Notes: generated by a model from the sequence alone, not told the origin. A stretch of 28,226 bases of DNA from Elusimicrobiota bacterium (GCA_043816185.1 JBDRIG010000089.1:1-28226), one strand, 5' to 3'; positions 1-9,529 are shown, numbered from the stretch's first letter. Program-made: numbers and translations.

Positions 1-191
1 ATAGATGACTGAAAACTGATCGCCAGTATTTCTTTTAATTGTAATCATAAGAAAACATTACACCTTTATTATTGGTGTCATTTACAAATTTATATTCATT
101 TATCTCCACCCGTTTAGCGGGAAGGAAGCGTGTCAAAAGATACTGATTTTTGACAAAGGGGATGCTATTTTCTACTTGACATGCTTTTCCA
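1..191. repeat. 191-bp direct repeat, copy 1 (copy 2 at 28036-28226)
   Basis: Base-by-base comparison gives 187/191 identity, with differences at 49, 51, 98 and 142 (all A/G transitions). Confidence 0.97.
131..181. mobile_element. 51-bp segment with TGTCAA...TTGACA inverted ends, nested in the 191-bp repeat
   Basis: It has inverted termini. Its flanks GGAAGGAAGC-N / TGCTTTTCCAT occur joined without the segment, in reverse orientation, at 27732-27753. Confidence 0.55.
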
Positions 192-194
192 TAG

Positions 195-225
195 ATGACC
201 AAAAGTAGAGTTGCGACACAGTCTG
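195..225. mobile_element. MITE right end (ATGACCAAAAGTAGAGTTGCGACACAGTCTG)
   Basis: Near-identical to the MITE right ends at 12319-12349, 21152-21182 and 27812-27837. Confidence 0.8.
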
Positions 226-274
226 AGGGACGGCTTGTTGCAACGACACCGTGCTCGTCGTCTCTCGCAGTAAT
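225..274. repeat. REP-like palindrome remnant
   Basis: GAGGGACGGC...GTCGTCTCTC stem ending in CTCGCAGTAAT, resembling the CTCGCAATAA end of the other REP-like copies. Confidence 0.45.
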
Positions 275-299
275 ACTTATACCTTAACCTTTAACCACA

Positions 300-2273
300 A
301 TGATAAAAAAATATTTTAAATTATTTTCCATAAGTTTTGTTGCACTTTTTTTACAAATTGCATGCATCAGATGGTTTAATTCAAACATCGTAATGCTCTC
401 ATATTTTTCAAATTTCGTTTTGCTTGCCTGTTTTTTGGGACTTGGTGCTGGAATACTTCTTGCACCCAAAAAAACGAATTTCATAATTTTATTTCCTTCA
501 ATTTTTTTAATTTTGTGTGTTATATTTTGGAAAGTAATAATTCGGTTGACGATTAATTCTGATATAAGCGTATATTTTACTGCATCAGGTTTTGCCAAAG
601 GCGTGCCATTATATAATGCAAGTGCATGGTGGTTTCTGCCAATCGTTTTTATATTTACAACCGTAATGTTTGTTTCTATTGGGCAAGAGGTTGGTAGGGC
701 GTTTTCGGGCATTAAACCACTTGCTGCTTACATAGTAAATATTTGTGGTTCGATTTTTGGCGTCGGGTTGTTTACGGCAATTTCATTTTTTAACAGTTCG
801 CCTTTTTTATGGTTTGCGATTGCTTTTTTGTGTCTTTTGCCAACTCTTTTTAGAAAACAATTTTTTTATTTTAACATTCTCATAGTTGTACTATCATCTC
901 TTTTCATATTGATGATAAGTCAGGGTGCGGTTTTTTCGCCTTATTACAGAATCGACGCAATCAGTAATGTTGTAATAGTTAATGGAATTCCACATCAGAC
1001 AATACTTAACATAGATAAAGAGTTTGCTAATAGTTATAAATTTCCATACGAACTTGTAAAAAACCCAAAAAAGGTTTTGATACTTGGTGCTGGAACGGGC
1101 AACGATGTAGCGGTTGCGTTGTCAAATGGTGCTGAAAAAATAGATGCCGTTGAAATAGATCCTGTGATTGTCGAAATAGGAAAACAACATCCAAACAAAC
1201 CCTATCAAAATAAAAAAGTAAAAATTTTTAACGATGATGCTCGTGCTTTTCTTAAAAAATCCGACGAACGATATGATTTAGTAGTTTTTGCTCTGATTGA
1301 TTCGCTAACAGTATTTTCGCAATTTTCGTCGGTGCGTCTCGAAAATTTTGTTTTTACAAAAGATGCTTTTGAGGACGTGCAAAAACATTTAACCGACGAT
1401 GGCGTTGTTGTTATATATAATCAGTTTAGAAAAGTTTGGATAGTTGAGCGTTTATCAAAAATGCTTGAGGAAACTTTTGATAAAAAAACAATTATTTATA
1501 ATGAACAAGAGAAAGAACAATTTGCTGTACTTTTTAATGGTCCGGGAATTGAGAAAATAAATTTTCCTAAAGAGGCAGAATTATTTTCAAACCAAAAAAC
1601 CCCATTATTTTCAACATCAAATTATCAAATTAAATCAACAACAGATAATTGGCCATTTTTGTATTTAGAGAAACCAGCAATTCCAATGCATTATATTATA
1701 GCCATTTTTGTGATATTATTTTTTGCAGGATTGCTTGTTTTTATATCGTCAAACACTTCCTATAATATAAACAACCATTTCTTTTTTTTAGGATGTGGTT
1801 TTATGATTTTGGAAACATCAGCAATTATTAGAATGGCAATGCTTTTTGGTTCAACATGGATTGTTAATTCAATTGTTATAATGGCGGTACTTGTTATGTC
1901 GCTTTTCTCAGCATATGTTACTAGTAGATTTTCTCCTAATAACAATAAAAAATTTTATATCTATCTTTTTTTAATGATCATACTAAACATTCTAATTCCT
2001 TTGAAAACATTTTTAATTTTTCCATATTATCCGAAAATCGTTTTATCTTCATTACTTTTGTTTTTACCGATATATTTTTCGGGAGTAATATTTGCTACAT
2101 CATTTTCTAAATCGGAAAACTCGTTATCGGCACTAGGTTCAAATTTAATTGGTGCAATGTTTGGCGGCTGCTTAGAATACATCTCGTTAAAATACGGCTA
2201 TAGTTCATTGATGTTTCTTTTACTGGGGATATATCTTGTTTCAATCAAAAACTTTAAATGGAAATTTAAGTAA
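300..2273 (+). CDS. Polytopic membrane protein with a central class I SAM-dependent (spermidine synthase-like) domain
   Basis: 657 aa. N- and C-terminal TM bundles flank VLILGAGTGNDV, VEIDP, DDAR and YDLVVF motifs, followed by TDNWPFLY. Confidence 0.85.
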   Translation: MIKKYFKLFSISFVALFLQIACIRWFNSNIVMLSYFSNFVLLACFLGLGAGILLAPKKTNFIILFPSIFLILCVIFWKVIIRLTINSDISVYFTASGFAKGVPLYNASAWWFLPIVFIFTTVMFVSIGQEVGRAFSGIKPLAAYIVNICGSIFGVGLFTAISFFNSSPFLWFAIAFLCLLPTLFRKQFFYFNILIVVLSSLFILMISQGAVFSPYYRIDAISNVVIVNGIPHQTILNIDKEFANSYKFPYELVKNPKKVLILGAGTGNDVAVALSNGAEKIDAVEIDPVIVEIGKQHPNKPYQNKKVKIFNDDARAFLKKSDERYDLVVFALIDSLTVFSQFSSVRLENFVFTKDAFEDVQKHLTDDGVVVIYNQFRKVWIVERLSKMLEETFDKKTIIYNEQEKEQFAVLFNGPGIEKINFPKEAELFSNQKTPLFSTSNYQIKSTTDNWPFLYLEKPAIPMHYIIAIFVILFFAGLLVFISSNTSYNINNHFFFLGCGFMILETSAIIRMAMLFGSTWIVNSIVIMAVLVMSLFSAYVTSRFSPNNNKKFYIYLFLMIILNILIPLKTFLIFPYYPKIVLSSLLLFLPIYFSGVIFATSFSKSENSLSALGSNLIGAMFGGCLEYISLKYGYSSLMFLLLGIYLVSIKNFKWKFK

Positions 2274-3753
2274 TATTAAGAATATAAAACTTTTATTTAT
2301 TATATTAATATTATTATCTGCAGGATTATTGAGATTTAGTTTGCTTTTTACTGCTCATCAATATCCATCAGGGGACGAGTCTCTCGCCGGCATGATGGCA
2401 AAGCAATTAATAGAAGACGGAAAAATATCTATTAAACATCCGAGTGTGGCCTATTCTGGCGGTCTTTACATAGAAGCATATATTATTGCTCTTTCATTTA
2501 AAATTTTTGGAATTTCCAACATTTCATTAAAAATTCCGATTGTTTTATTGTCATTATTATCGCTTCTTTTGGTTACATTGATTGCTTTTAAAGTTGGAGG
2601 AATTATATGCTGTATTATATTGGGAGCCATTTACGGTTTTTGCCCTATTTTTATAAGATGGAATTTACTTGTTTGGTGTGGTTATATTGAAACGCTTATT
2701 TTTATACCGTTTCTTATATTAATTTTTTTGGAGATATACAAAAAAAGCAATTTTGAAAATATAATCTTTTTAGGATTTGTTTCAGCAGTTGCATTTTGGA
2801 ACCAACCGATAATTTTATCATTTGTAGTCGCGTTGGCATTGCTTATTTTTTTTAACTCAAAATTTGGGCTTATCAAAGCAGTCCTTTATATTTTTATATC
2901 AATTTTACCGAGATTAATTGTTGAGATTCCCAGGAAATCATCTGTCTTTATAGAGCAGCATATTCCATCTGTAGATTTTAAGAATTTTTTTTCAAGATTT
3001 ATAAAAGTTTTTTACTTTGATATGCCCGCTTTCTTTAGTACAGATAATGTTGACAATTTTCCGGATATCGTTTCACCGTTTTCATATTTTTGGTTTATAA
3101 TTACATTAGTAGCCGTTTTATCAACAGTTATTGGTTTAATAAAAAGTCAAAAAGATTTTCACTTAGGGGAAAAATTAACACATCAAAACACTATCAATCT
3201 TTTACTTTTGAGTGCTTTAGGTATTCATATAATTTTTTATTCACTGACTAAAATGGGTGGGACCAGTCCGAGATACCTTTTGCCGGCCGGTTTTTGTTTG
3301 ATAATGATTTTAGCTTTTTATATATATCGCTTAATTACTACCAAGAAAAGTTTAAAAAAAACAATTGGATATTTTTTACTTATCTTAATTTGTTTTTTAA
3401 CCGTCGCAGAGACATTAGTACTTTTTCGGGAAAAACGCACCGTTCATGATTTAAGAATAATCAGTACCGGCAAAGATTTAGTAAGAGCCATAAATTTTCT
3501 TAAAGCAAATGATTATAAATATGTTTATGCGAATTATTTTCTCCAGTGGCGTATTATGTTTGAATCTAAAGGTGAAATTATTGTCTCTTCCGATAATCTT
3601 ATGCCAATGGTATATCCCTATCCGGAATATGAAAAGATCGTGGATAAGGCCAAAAAGTTTGCATATGTCGTAAACACGCAAGACCCATTCAAAGATTTAT
3701 TGCTAAGTCGTTTTAATAAAATGAAAGTAATGTACAAAATATTTGATTCATGA
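2236..3753 (+). CDS. ArnT/PMT-like GT-C membrane glycosyltransferase; start uncertain; probably truncated by a premature TGA (natural end likely 3813)
   Basis: 505 aa with many TM helices, a DE motif after TM1 (SGDESLAGMMA) and a PRYLLP motif. Confidence 0.75.
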   Translation: MFQSKTLNGNLSNIKNIKLLFIILILLSAGLLRFSLLFTAHQYPSGDESLAGMMAKQLIEDGKISIKHPSVAYSGGLYIEAYIIALSFKIFGISNISLKIPIVLLSLLSLLLVTLIAFKVGGIICCIILGAIYGFCPIFIRWNLLVWCGYIETLIFIPFLILIFLEIYKKSNFENIIFLGFVSAVAFWNQPIILSFVVALALLIFFNSKFGLIKAVLYIFISILPRLIVEIPRKSSVFIEQHIPSVDFKNFFSRFIKVFYFDMPAFFSTDNVDNFPDIVSPFSYFWFIITLVAVLSTVIGLIKSQKDFHLGEKLTHQNTINLLLLSALGIHIIFYSLTKMGGTSPRYLLPAGFCLIMILAFYIYRLITTKKSLKKTIGYFLLILICFLTVAETLVLFREKRTVHDLRIISTGKDLVRAINFLKANDYKYVYANYFLQWRIMFESKGEIIVSSDNLMPMVYPYPEYEKIVDKAKKFAYVVNTQDPFKDLLLSRFNKMKVMYKIFDS

Positions 3754-3813
3754 GATATTGCAATAATACATGCTTTATCGAAAAATGTAAGACCGAGAGA
3801 TGCTTTTAAGTAG

Positions 3814-4320
3814 ATGAAAAAAAAATACTATAAACCAAAAAAAATAGAACAAACGCTAAGATTGGGTTTTAATATAGCGATGACATTAAGAAAAAAAGAT
3901 GTCGTCTGTCTTTTTGGTTCGCTTGGGGCGGGGAAAACCGTGATTGCAAAAGGTATTTGTAAAGGGCTTGCGGTTAAGGATTTTGTCAACAGTCCTTCTT
4001 TTAAAATTGTTAATGAATATAAAGGAAAACTTCCCATTTATTCCGCATCTTGCCAAGAACTCCATTTTTCCAAGATTGACATAGATAAACGACAAAAATT
4101 TACAAAATGCTCGGTTTATCATACCGACTTATATCGTCTGAATTCTATAAAAGAAATAGATAGTTTAGGGCTTGACGAATATATTTATAGCGATGGAATT
4201 ACAATTATTGAATGGGCTGAAAAATTGGGCAAAAAAAATTTACCGAAAAAAAGGATTGAGATTCATATAAAAGTTACAAGTGAAAATGAAAGGGAAATAA
4301 AATGGCAGCGATATCAATAG
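3814..4320 (+). CDS. tsaE: tRNA t6A biosynthesis ATPase TsaE with a 26-aa insertion
   Basis: Walker A GSLGAGKT, SPSF, HTDLYRL and IIEWAE motifs. Confidence 0.95.
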   Translation: MKKKYYKPKKIEQTLRLGFNIAMTLRKKDVVCLFGSLGAGKTVIAKGICKGLAVKDFVNSPSFKIVNEYKGKLPIYSASCQELHFSKIDIDKRQKFTKCSVYHTDLYRLNSIKEIDSLGLDEYIYSDGITIIEWAEKLGKKNLPKKRIEIHIKVTSENEREIKWQRYQ

Positions 4321-6209
4321 TTTTATTGGTAACAATCTTTATTTTACACTTTAAGACCATTTTTTTGTTCGGTATTTTTAGTGGACAATGGCAGGGTTTG
4401 GGAGATGTGTCGTTAATGTACTATCCAGCGAGATTTTTCTTTGGTAATTCTTTGCGTATAGGGGAATTCCCGCTGTGGAATAAGAATATTTTTTTAGGTT
4501 TTCCAATTCATGCCGAAGGACAAGGCAGTTTTTTTTATCCACCAAATATTCTTTTTGCAATTTTTCATCAAAAAATTGCCTACAATTATGCTTATCTGAT
4601 ACATCTTTTTTTAGGCGGATTTTTTATGTATCTTTTTTTAAGAGAAATAAAACTTAAAAAAATACCGTCGGTGATTGCGTCTTTTGTTTTTATTTTTTCA
4701 GGATTTTTTGCTTGCCATGCTGAGCACATTGTTCTTTTTAATTCTTGTATCTGGGTTCCGCTCGGGTTCCTTTTTATTTTGAGAAAACGTTACCTGCATC
4801 TATCGTTGATTTTTGCCCTGCAATTTTTAACGGGATTTTCACAAATCGCTTTTTATACAGGATTGATTTTATTTTTTTGGCAAATATTTAATATCAAAAA
4901 AGCCAAAGAAATGATTATGTTTTTTTTATCGCCCATATTAGGAATGTTAATTGCTTTCTGTCAAGTTTTACCAACACTTGAACTTATTCCACATTCGATA
5001 AGAAGCAAAGGGCTGAGCCCACAGGATATGTTTTCATGGGGCTATTACTTAAAAGATTTATTATTATTTATTCATCCATATTTTTTTGGCAATCCTGTTT
5101 TTGGTACTTATACAAGAAAAGATAGTATTTTTTATGAAAATTGTATTTTTGTTGGAATTATGGCAATTTTTTTGGTTGCCATTGGTCTAATAAAAATTAA
5201 AAGAGAAAAGATTGTGAGATTTTTTTTCATACTTGCTTTAGCAATTATCGGTTTTCTGATGGCATTTCCAGTTGTTATTAAAATTGCTTCGACAATTCCA
5301 ATTTTTAATTTTTTCCGTGTTCCACAACGATTTTTGGTTTTTGTAGTTTTTGCACTTTCGGTTCTCGTTGGATATGCCTTTCAGTCATTAACATTGAAAA
5401 GATTAAAAATACCAATTTTATTTATTATTTCACTCGAACTTATTAACTTTGGTTTTGGATACAATAAAGTACTTCCTAAGGATTATTTTGATACTCCAAA
5501 TTTTGCTAAACTTTTAAAAAAAGATACGTCCCTATTTAGAATTGTCACTATCGGTGGAAGTAAGATACAAATTTTAAACTACTTGTTCTCTACAATAGAC
5601 CAAACAAACCATGCTGCTCAAAAGAGTTTCTTAAATTTTCTTTTTTCAAATACGAATATAATTTTTGATATTCCTACGTTAGATATTTATACTCCGCTTA
5701 AAGTTGTGGACGATTCCAAGAATTGGGAATTGATAAAATCAAATGTAAAATATGTGCTTTCATCGGTATTATTAACCAACGACAGATTTGTGCTTTGTGG
5801 CGAAATTTATCTACCAGCAATTTTGATATCCCTAAAAGTTTACAAAAATAGCGATTATTTTTCTTATGCATTTTTTGAGGATGAAAAAAAACAAAAAAAA
5901 GAACCATTGAAAATTTTACAGTATAGTAATAATAAGGTTAGGATTGAAAAAGACGTAGATGCTGCCGGCGTAGTTACTCTTTTAGATTATAATTACCCAG
6001 GATGGTTTGCTTTTGTTGATGGTATTAGTTCAAAAATATATACAACAAATACAATGACACGCTTAATAAAAGTTGGTCGTGATTCAAAAAAAATTGATTT
6101 TATTTTTTTGCCGCAGTCATTTATAATTGGTATTTGGATTTCTATTTTTGCGATATTTATAGTTTTTTACGCAATGGGCATATTTAAATATGGGCCTCAT
6201 TTTTCTTAG
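4302..6209 (+). CDS. YfhO-family GT-C membrane protein
   Basis: 635 aa with YYP...GEFPLWN...GFP...FFYPPN, FRVPQRF and C-terminal YPGW.A.VDG motifs typical of YfhO-like proteins. Confidence 0.85.
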   Translation: MAAISIVLLVTIFILHFKTIFLFGIFSGQWQGLGDVSLMYYPARFFFGNSLRIGEFPLWNKNIFLGFPIHAEGQGSFFYPPNILFAIFHQKIAYNYAYLIHLFLGGFFMYLFLREIKLKKIPSVIASFVFIFSGFFACHAEHIVLFNSCIWVPLGFLFILRKRYLHLSLIFALQFLTGFSQIAFYTGLILFFWQIFNIKKAKEMIMFFLSPILGMLIAFCQVLPTLELIPHSIRSKGLSPQDMFSWGYYLKDLLLFIHPYFFGNPVFGTYTRKDSIFYENCIFVGIMAIFLVAIGLIKIKREKIVRFFFILALAIIGFLMAFPVVIKIASTIPIFNFFRVPQRFLVFVVFALSVLVGYAFQSLTLKRLKIPILFIISLELINFGFGYNKVLPKDYFDTPNFAKLLKKDTSLFRIVTIGGSKIQILNYLFSTIDQTNHAAQKSFLNFLFSNTNIIFDIPTLDIYTPLKVVDDSKNWELIKSNVKYVLSSVLLTNDRFVLCGEIYLPAILISLKVYKNSDYFSYAFFEDEKKQKKEPLKILQYSNNKVRIEKDVDAAGVVTLLDYNYPGWFAFVDGISSKIYTTNTMTRLIKVGRDSKKIDFIFLPQSFIIGIWISIFAIFIVFYAMGIFKYGPHFS

Positions 6210-6287
6210 GAAAATAATTAAATAAAATATTTGGAAGAAGTGAAATCTGTTTTATAAGTATAGCTTATATTCAAAAGGAAGGGTGAG

Positions 6288-7025
6288 ATGAACATACTTG
6301 CCATTGAAACATCAAATAATATTTGTGGTGCTGCTATAATAAGCGATAATAAAATTATTGCTGAAAAGAATATTTTTTTGCCTAAAAACTCGTCCCATAA
6401 AATTTTTAATATTATAAAAGATATAACAAAAAAGAAATTACAATTTGATGCCGTGGCTATCGATATAGGTCCTGGTTCTTTTACTGGCATAAGAATAGGT
6501 ATTTCACTTGCACGTGCTTATGGACAATTTATAAATGTGCCCGTTGTCGGCATTTCATCTTTAGATTGTCTGGCTTTTAATGCATCGGGGAAAAAAAATA
6601 TTTCTGAAAAAATTTTCCCAATAATAGATGCGCTTCGCGGTGACGTTTATACTGCAAGGTATGAAAGATTAAATCCCACATCATGTTTTGTCACGTCAAA
6701 GCCAGATTTGCTACGACGGAAAGAACAAGGTATTACAAAATATGGAGTGAAAAGAAAATCAGAATATCAAGTGGTTGGGATTGAAAAATTCTTAAAAATG
6801 ATAGATAATAAGACAACGATTGTAGGAAGTCGTGAAATTTGTCAGCAAATACCAATAAATGGAATTTGTGTTGAAGCGAAATTATCTGCTTCTGGTGTTG
6901 GTTTTTTAGCATTAAAGAAATTAAGCGACCATATAAATGACTGTAAAAAATACAATTACAACAAAGTTTTACCTTTATACATAAGGAAACTTTTTGCACA
7001 AGAACATTATAAAAAAAGTGCTTGA
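6288..7025 (+). CDS. tsaB: tRNA t6A biosynthesis protein TsaB with a probable internal insertion
   Basis: ILAIETS, GPGSFTGIRIG, IDALRGDVY and PLYIR motifs; purine-rich RBS upstream. Confidence 0.95.
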   Translation: MNILAIETSNNICGAAIISDNKIIAEKNIFLPKNSSHKIFNIIKDITKKKLQFDAVAIDIGPGSFTGIRIGISLARAYGQFINVPVVGISSLDCLAFNASGKKNISEKIFPIIDALRGDVYTARYERLNPTSCFVTSKPDLLRRKEQGITKYGVKRKSEYQVVGIEKFLKMIDNKTTIVGSREICQQIPINGICVEAKLSASGVGFLALKKLSDHINDCKKYNYNKVLPLYIRKLFAQEHYKKSA

Positions 7026-7039
7026 AGTTGGTGGGCTGA

Positions 7040-7111
7040 CGCCACTTCGTTAAGTGACTTATTTATCGACAATCTATTTTATGCTCATGGCCATTCACAC
7101 TGTGCCGCAAT
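7040..7111 (-). repeat. 54-bp dispersed repeat (7040-7093) adjoining a degenerate MITE terminus (7096-7111)
   Basis: The reverse complement matches 14730-14783 at 47/54 (all transitions). CACACTGTGCCGCAAT resembles the MITE TIR. Confidence 0.85.
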
Positions 7112-7205
7112 TATTTTAAATTTGCTTCATAAATATAAATTTAATCAAATTTAGTGGTTAATTTGATATTATACCCTTAAAAATTATGTTTTGTATGAAA
7201 AATAT

Positions 7206-9371
7206 ATGAAAAAATTTCTATTATTCTATCTTTTGTTTTTTACCTGTGTTTTTAGCAAGTATTTTTTATCTTTCGGATATTGTGTGCAAGCCGACAGTTA
7301 CTACCATTATTTATTAGGTGGTATTGCCGAGATGAAAGGTGATTTGCCAAAAGCAATTGAAGAATATAAAGAGTCGATTTTGTATGACACGGAATCAGTT
7401 TATCTAAAAAAGCAACTCGCTAATCTTTATATTTTAATTGGCGATACAGATGCAGCATCGCAAGTGCTTTCTGAAATTTCTAAAATTGTACCTAACGACA
7501 AATCAACAACAGAACTTCTATCAAAGATATCAGCCTACAATAAAAAACCCGAAGACGCAATTTCAGCATATAAAAAAATACCATCAGCACAATCAATATT
7601 ATTTAGCGATAGCAAACAGTCGATTTATAATCTTGGAATATTATATTCTAACTCTGGAGAATATGAAAAGGCGATTTCATGTTTCGAAAAGTTTTTACAA
7701 ATCGATCCAGACGCAGCAGATGTTTATGTTAATATCGGGGTTTTATACTACAAGCTTAATCGCACACAGGAAGCAGAATTATATTTGAAAAAAGCGGCCG
7801 AATCCGATTTAAATTCCATTAGCTCACTTCTTACACTTGCTGATATTTATGAAGAAAAAAAAGATTACGATAAGGCAATTGAGTTGTATAATAAATTAGT
7901 AAAGATTTTACCTGACGAAACAAAGCTTCTAATAAAAATTGCCGAGATTTATATTGCAAAAAAGGACTATCTATCGGCGAAAAAATATCTTGTTCAAGCA
8001 CAGAAGTTATTTCAGAAAGATTATTGGATTAACTTCTATCTTGGGTTGTTGTCTACTATGGAAAAAGACTATAAGACAGCGATGGAATATTTTGATGAAT
8101 CAATTTCTATAAACAAAAAATTACCTGAACCATATATGCAAAAGGGATATATTTTTACAATTCAGAAAGATATAAAAAAAGCAATAAAATATTTTGAGAA
8201 ATCAATATCTCTTGGTATCAAAACTCCGGATGCATATTTTTTTCTTGCGGTGGACTATGAGGTTTTAGACAAATATAAAAAGTCGGAACATTTGCTAAAA
8301 AAGGCAATTGAAATTGAACCACGAAACATACACTACCGATTTGAATTGGGAGTTGTTTACGATAAGCTAAATAAACAAGAATTGGCGGAAAAAGAGTTTT
8401 TTAAGATAATAGAAATTGATTCAAATTCCGCAGTAGCATATAATTATCTTGGGTATATTTGGGCTGATAAAAACATAAAACTTAATGAAGCAGAAGAATT
8501 TATAAAAAAAGCGTTAGAAATAGAACCAGAAAATCCTGCCTATATTGATTCGCTTGGTTGGGTTTTTTATCGTCAGAAGAAATATGTCGACGCACTAATA
8601 TTACTTAAAAAGACATCTGAAAAAATAGACGATCCTATTGTTTTTGATCATCTCGGCGATTGTCATTTTGCTCTTGGGGACAATGAGGCAGCAGTTGACA
8701 ATTGGGAGACATCTTTTTTTGTTGAAAAAAATAAAGTAGTCAAAAAAAAGATAAAAAAACACTCTAAAAATCTAATATGGTCTCAAGATATGATAAAACT
8801 ACGTGCCTTAAAAAGTTTTAATGGAATTCAAGATATTTCAGGATTTGTTAGTGCTAATACCGCATGCGAAAACAAAGGATATGGGGTGAATGGGCCATTT
8901 TTTTTCAAAAAACCAAAACAGTTGCGACTTGAAATTTTAGGACCATTTGCAATATCGCAAGGACTTATTCTGATGCGTCAAGAAACAATTGTCTATAGCA
9001 CGCCTGATAAAAAACAATACAATCTTACCGATAATCTTTTTTGGGTTAAAGATATTTTTAGTATTTTTGATGCAGAATGTTTTGGGGGACTCAATTTTAT
9101 TACTGCAGAAAAAGATTTTTATGTTTTTAAGAATGATTTTTTGGAAATGAAGGTTGACAAAAAAGAGCACACAATTTCAGAAATAAAACTTAGCGATGGT
9201 TCCATTATTACACTTTGCGAGTATGATTTGTTGGGAAAAAGGAAATTTCCACACAAATTGGATTTCGCGAGTTCTAATAAAGATATGAAAACTATAAAAG
9301 CAACCCTAATTCTAAAAAAACTTAACTTCAATAAAAATATAAAAATAGATTTGTTTAATGAGCCCAAATAA
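7206..9371 (+). CDS. Exported TPR-repeat protein with a C-terminal LolA/LolB-like (DUF4292-like) domain
   Basis: MKKFLL signal peptide, many TPRs, the AYNYLGY.WAD and YIDSLGWV motifs, and a C-terminal beta-rich region with KKPKQLRLEILGPF. Confidence 0.8.
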   Translation: MKKFLLFYLLFFTCVFSKYFLSFGYCVQADSYYHYLLGGIAEMKGDLPKAIEEYKESILYDTESVYLKKQLANLYILIGDTDAASQVLSEISKIVPNDKSTTELLSKISAYNKKPEDAISAYKKIPSAQSILFSDSKQSIYNLGILYSNSGEYEKAISCFEKFLQIDPDAADVYVNIGVLYYKLNRTQEAELYLKKAAESDLNSISSLLTLADIYEEKKDYDKAIELYNKLVKILPDETKLLIKIAEIYIAKKDYLSAKKYLVQAQKLFQKDYWINFYLGLLSTMEKDYKTAMEYFDESISINKKLPEPYMQKGYIFTIQKDIKKAIKYFEKSISLGIKTPDAYFFLAVDYEVLDKYKKSEHLLKKAIEIEPRNIHYRFELGVVYDKLNKQELAEKEFFKIIEIDSNSAVAYNYLGYIWADKNIKLNEAEEFIKKALEIEPENPAYIDSLGWVFYRQKKYVDALILLKKTSEKIDDPIVFDHLGDCHFALGDNEAAVDNWETSFFVEKNKVVKKKIKKHSKNLIWSQDMIKLRALKSFNGIQDISGFVSANTACENKGYGVNGPFFFKKPKQLRLEILGPFAISQGLILMRQETIVYSTPDKKQYNLTDNLFWVKDIFSIFDAECFGGLNFITAEKDFYVFKNDFLEMKVDKKEHTISEIKLSDGSIITLCEYDLLGKRKFPHKLDFASSNKDMKTIKATLILKKLNFNKNIKIDLFNEPK

Positions 9372-9469
9372 TAAAAATAGAGAATAAAATAGTAGAAAAA
9401 AAGGAAAAAAAGAGAGAAGAGGTGTGAAAAAAAGAGGATTTTGGGCTTGTTTTTGGCTTGTGTGTGGCA

Positions 9470-9498
9470 TTGACAAAGGAAAAATAATTTTGTAAAAT
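9470..9498 (+). promoter_or_regulatory. Sigma70-type promoter upstream of the tRNA-Ile2/nth/tRNA-Val region
   Basis: TTGACA (9470-9475), 17-bp spacer, TAAAAT (9493-9498). Confidence 0.7.
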
Positions 9499-9529
9499 TG
9501 ACGCTGTAGCCGCCGTAAACACGTCACAA

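Noticed and set aside
3751..3753. Alternative genetic code (TGA as Gly/Trp) or selenocysteine
   Set aside because: Several genes end at TGA at their expected C-termini, no other gene has an internal TGA, and there is no obvious SECIS or redox context.
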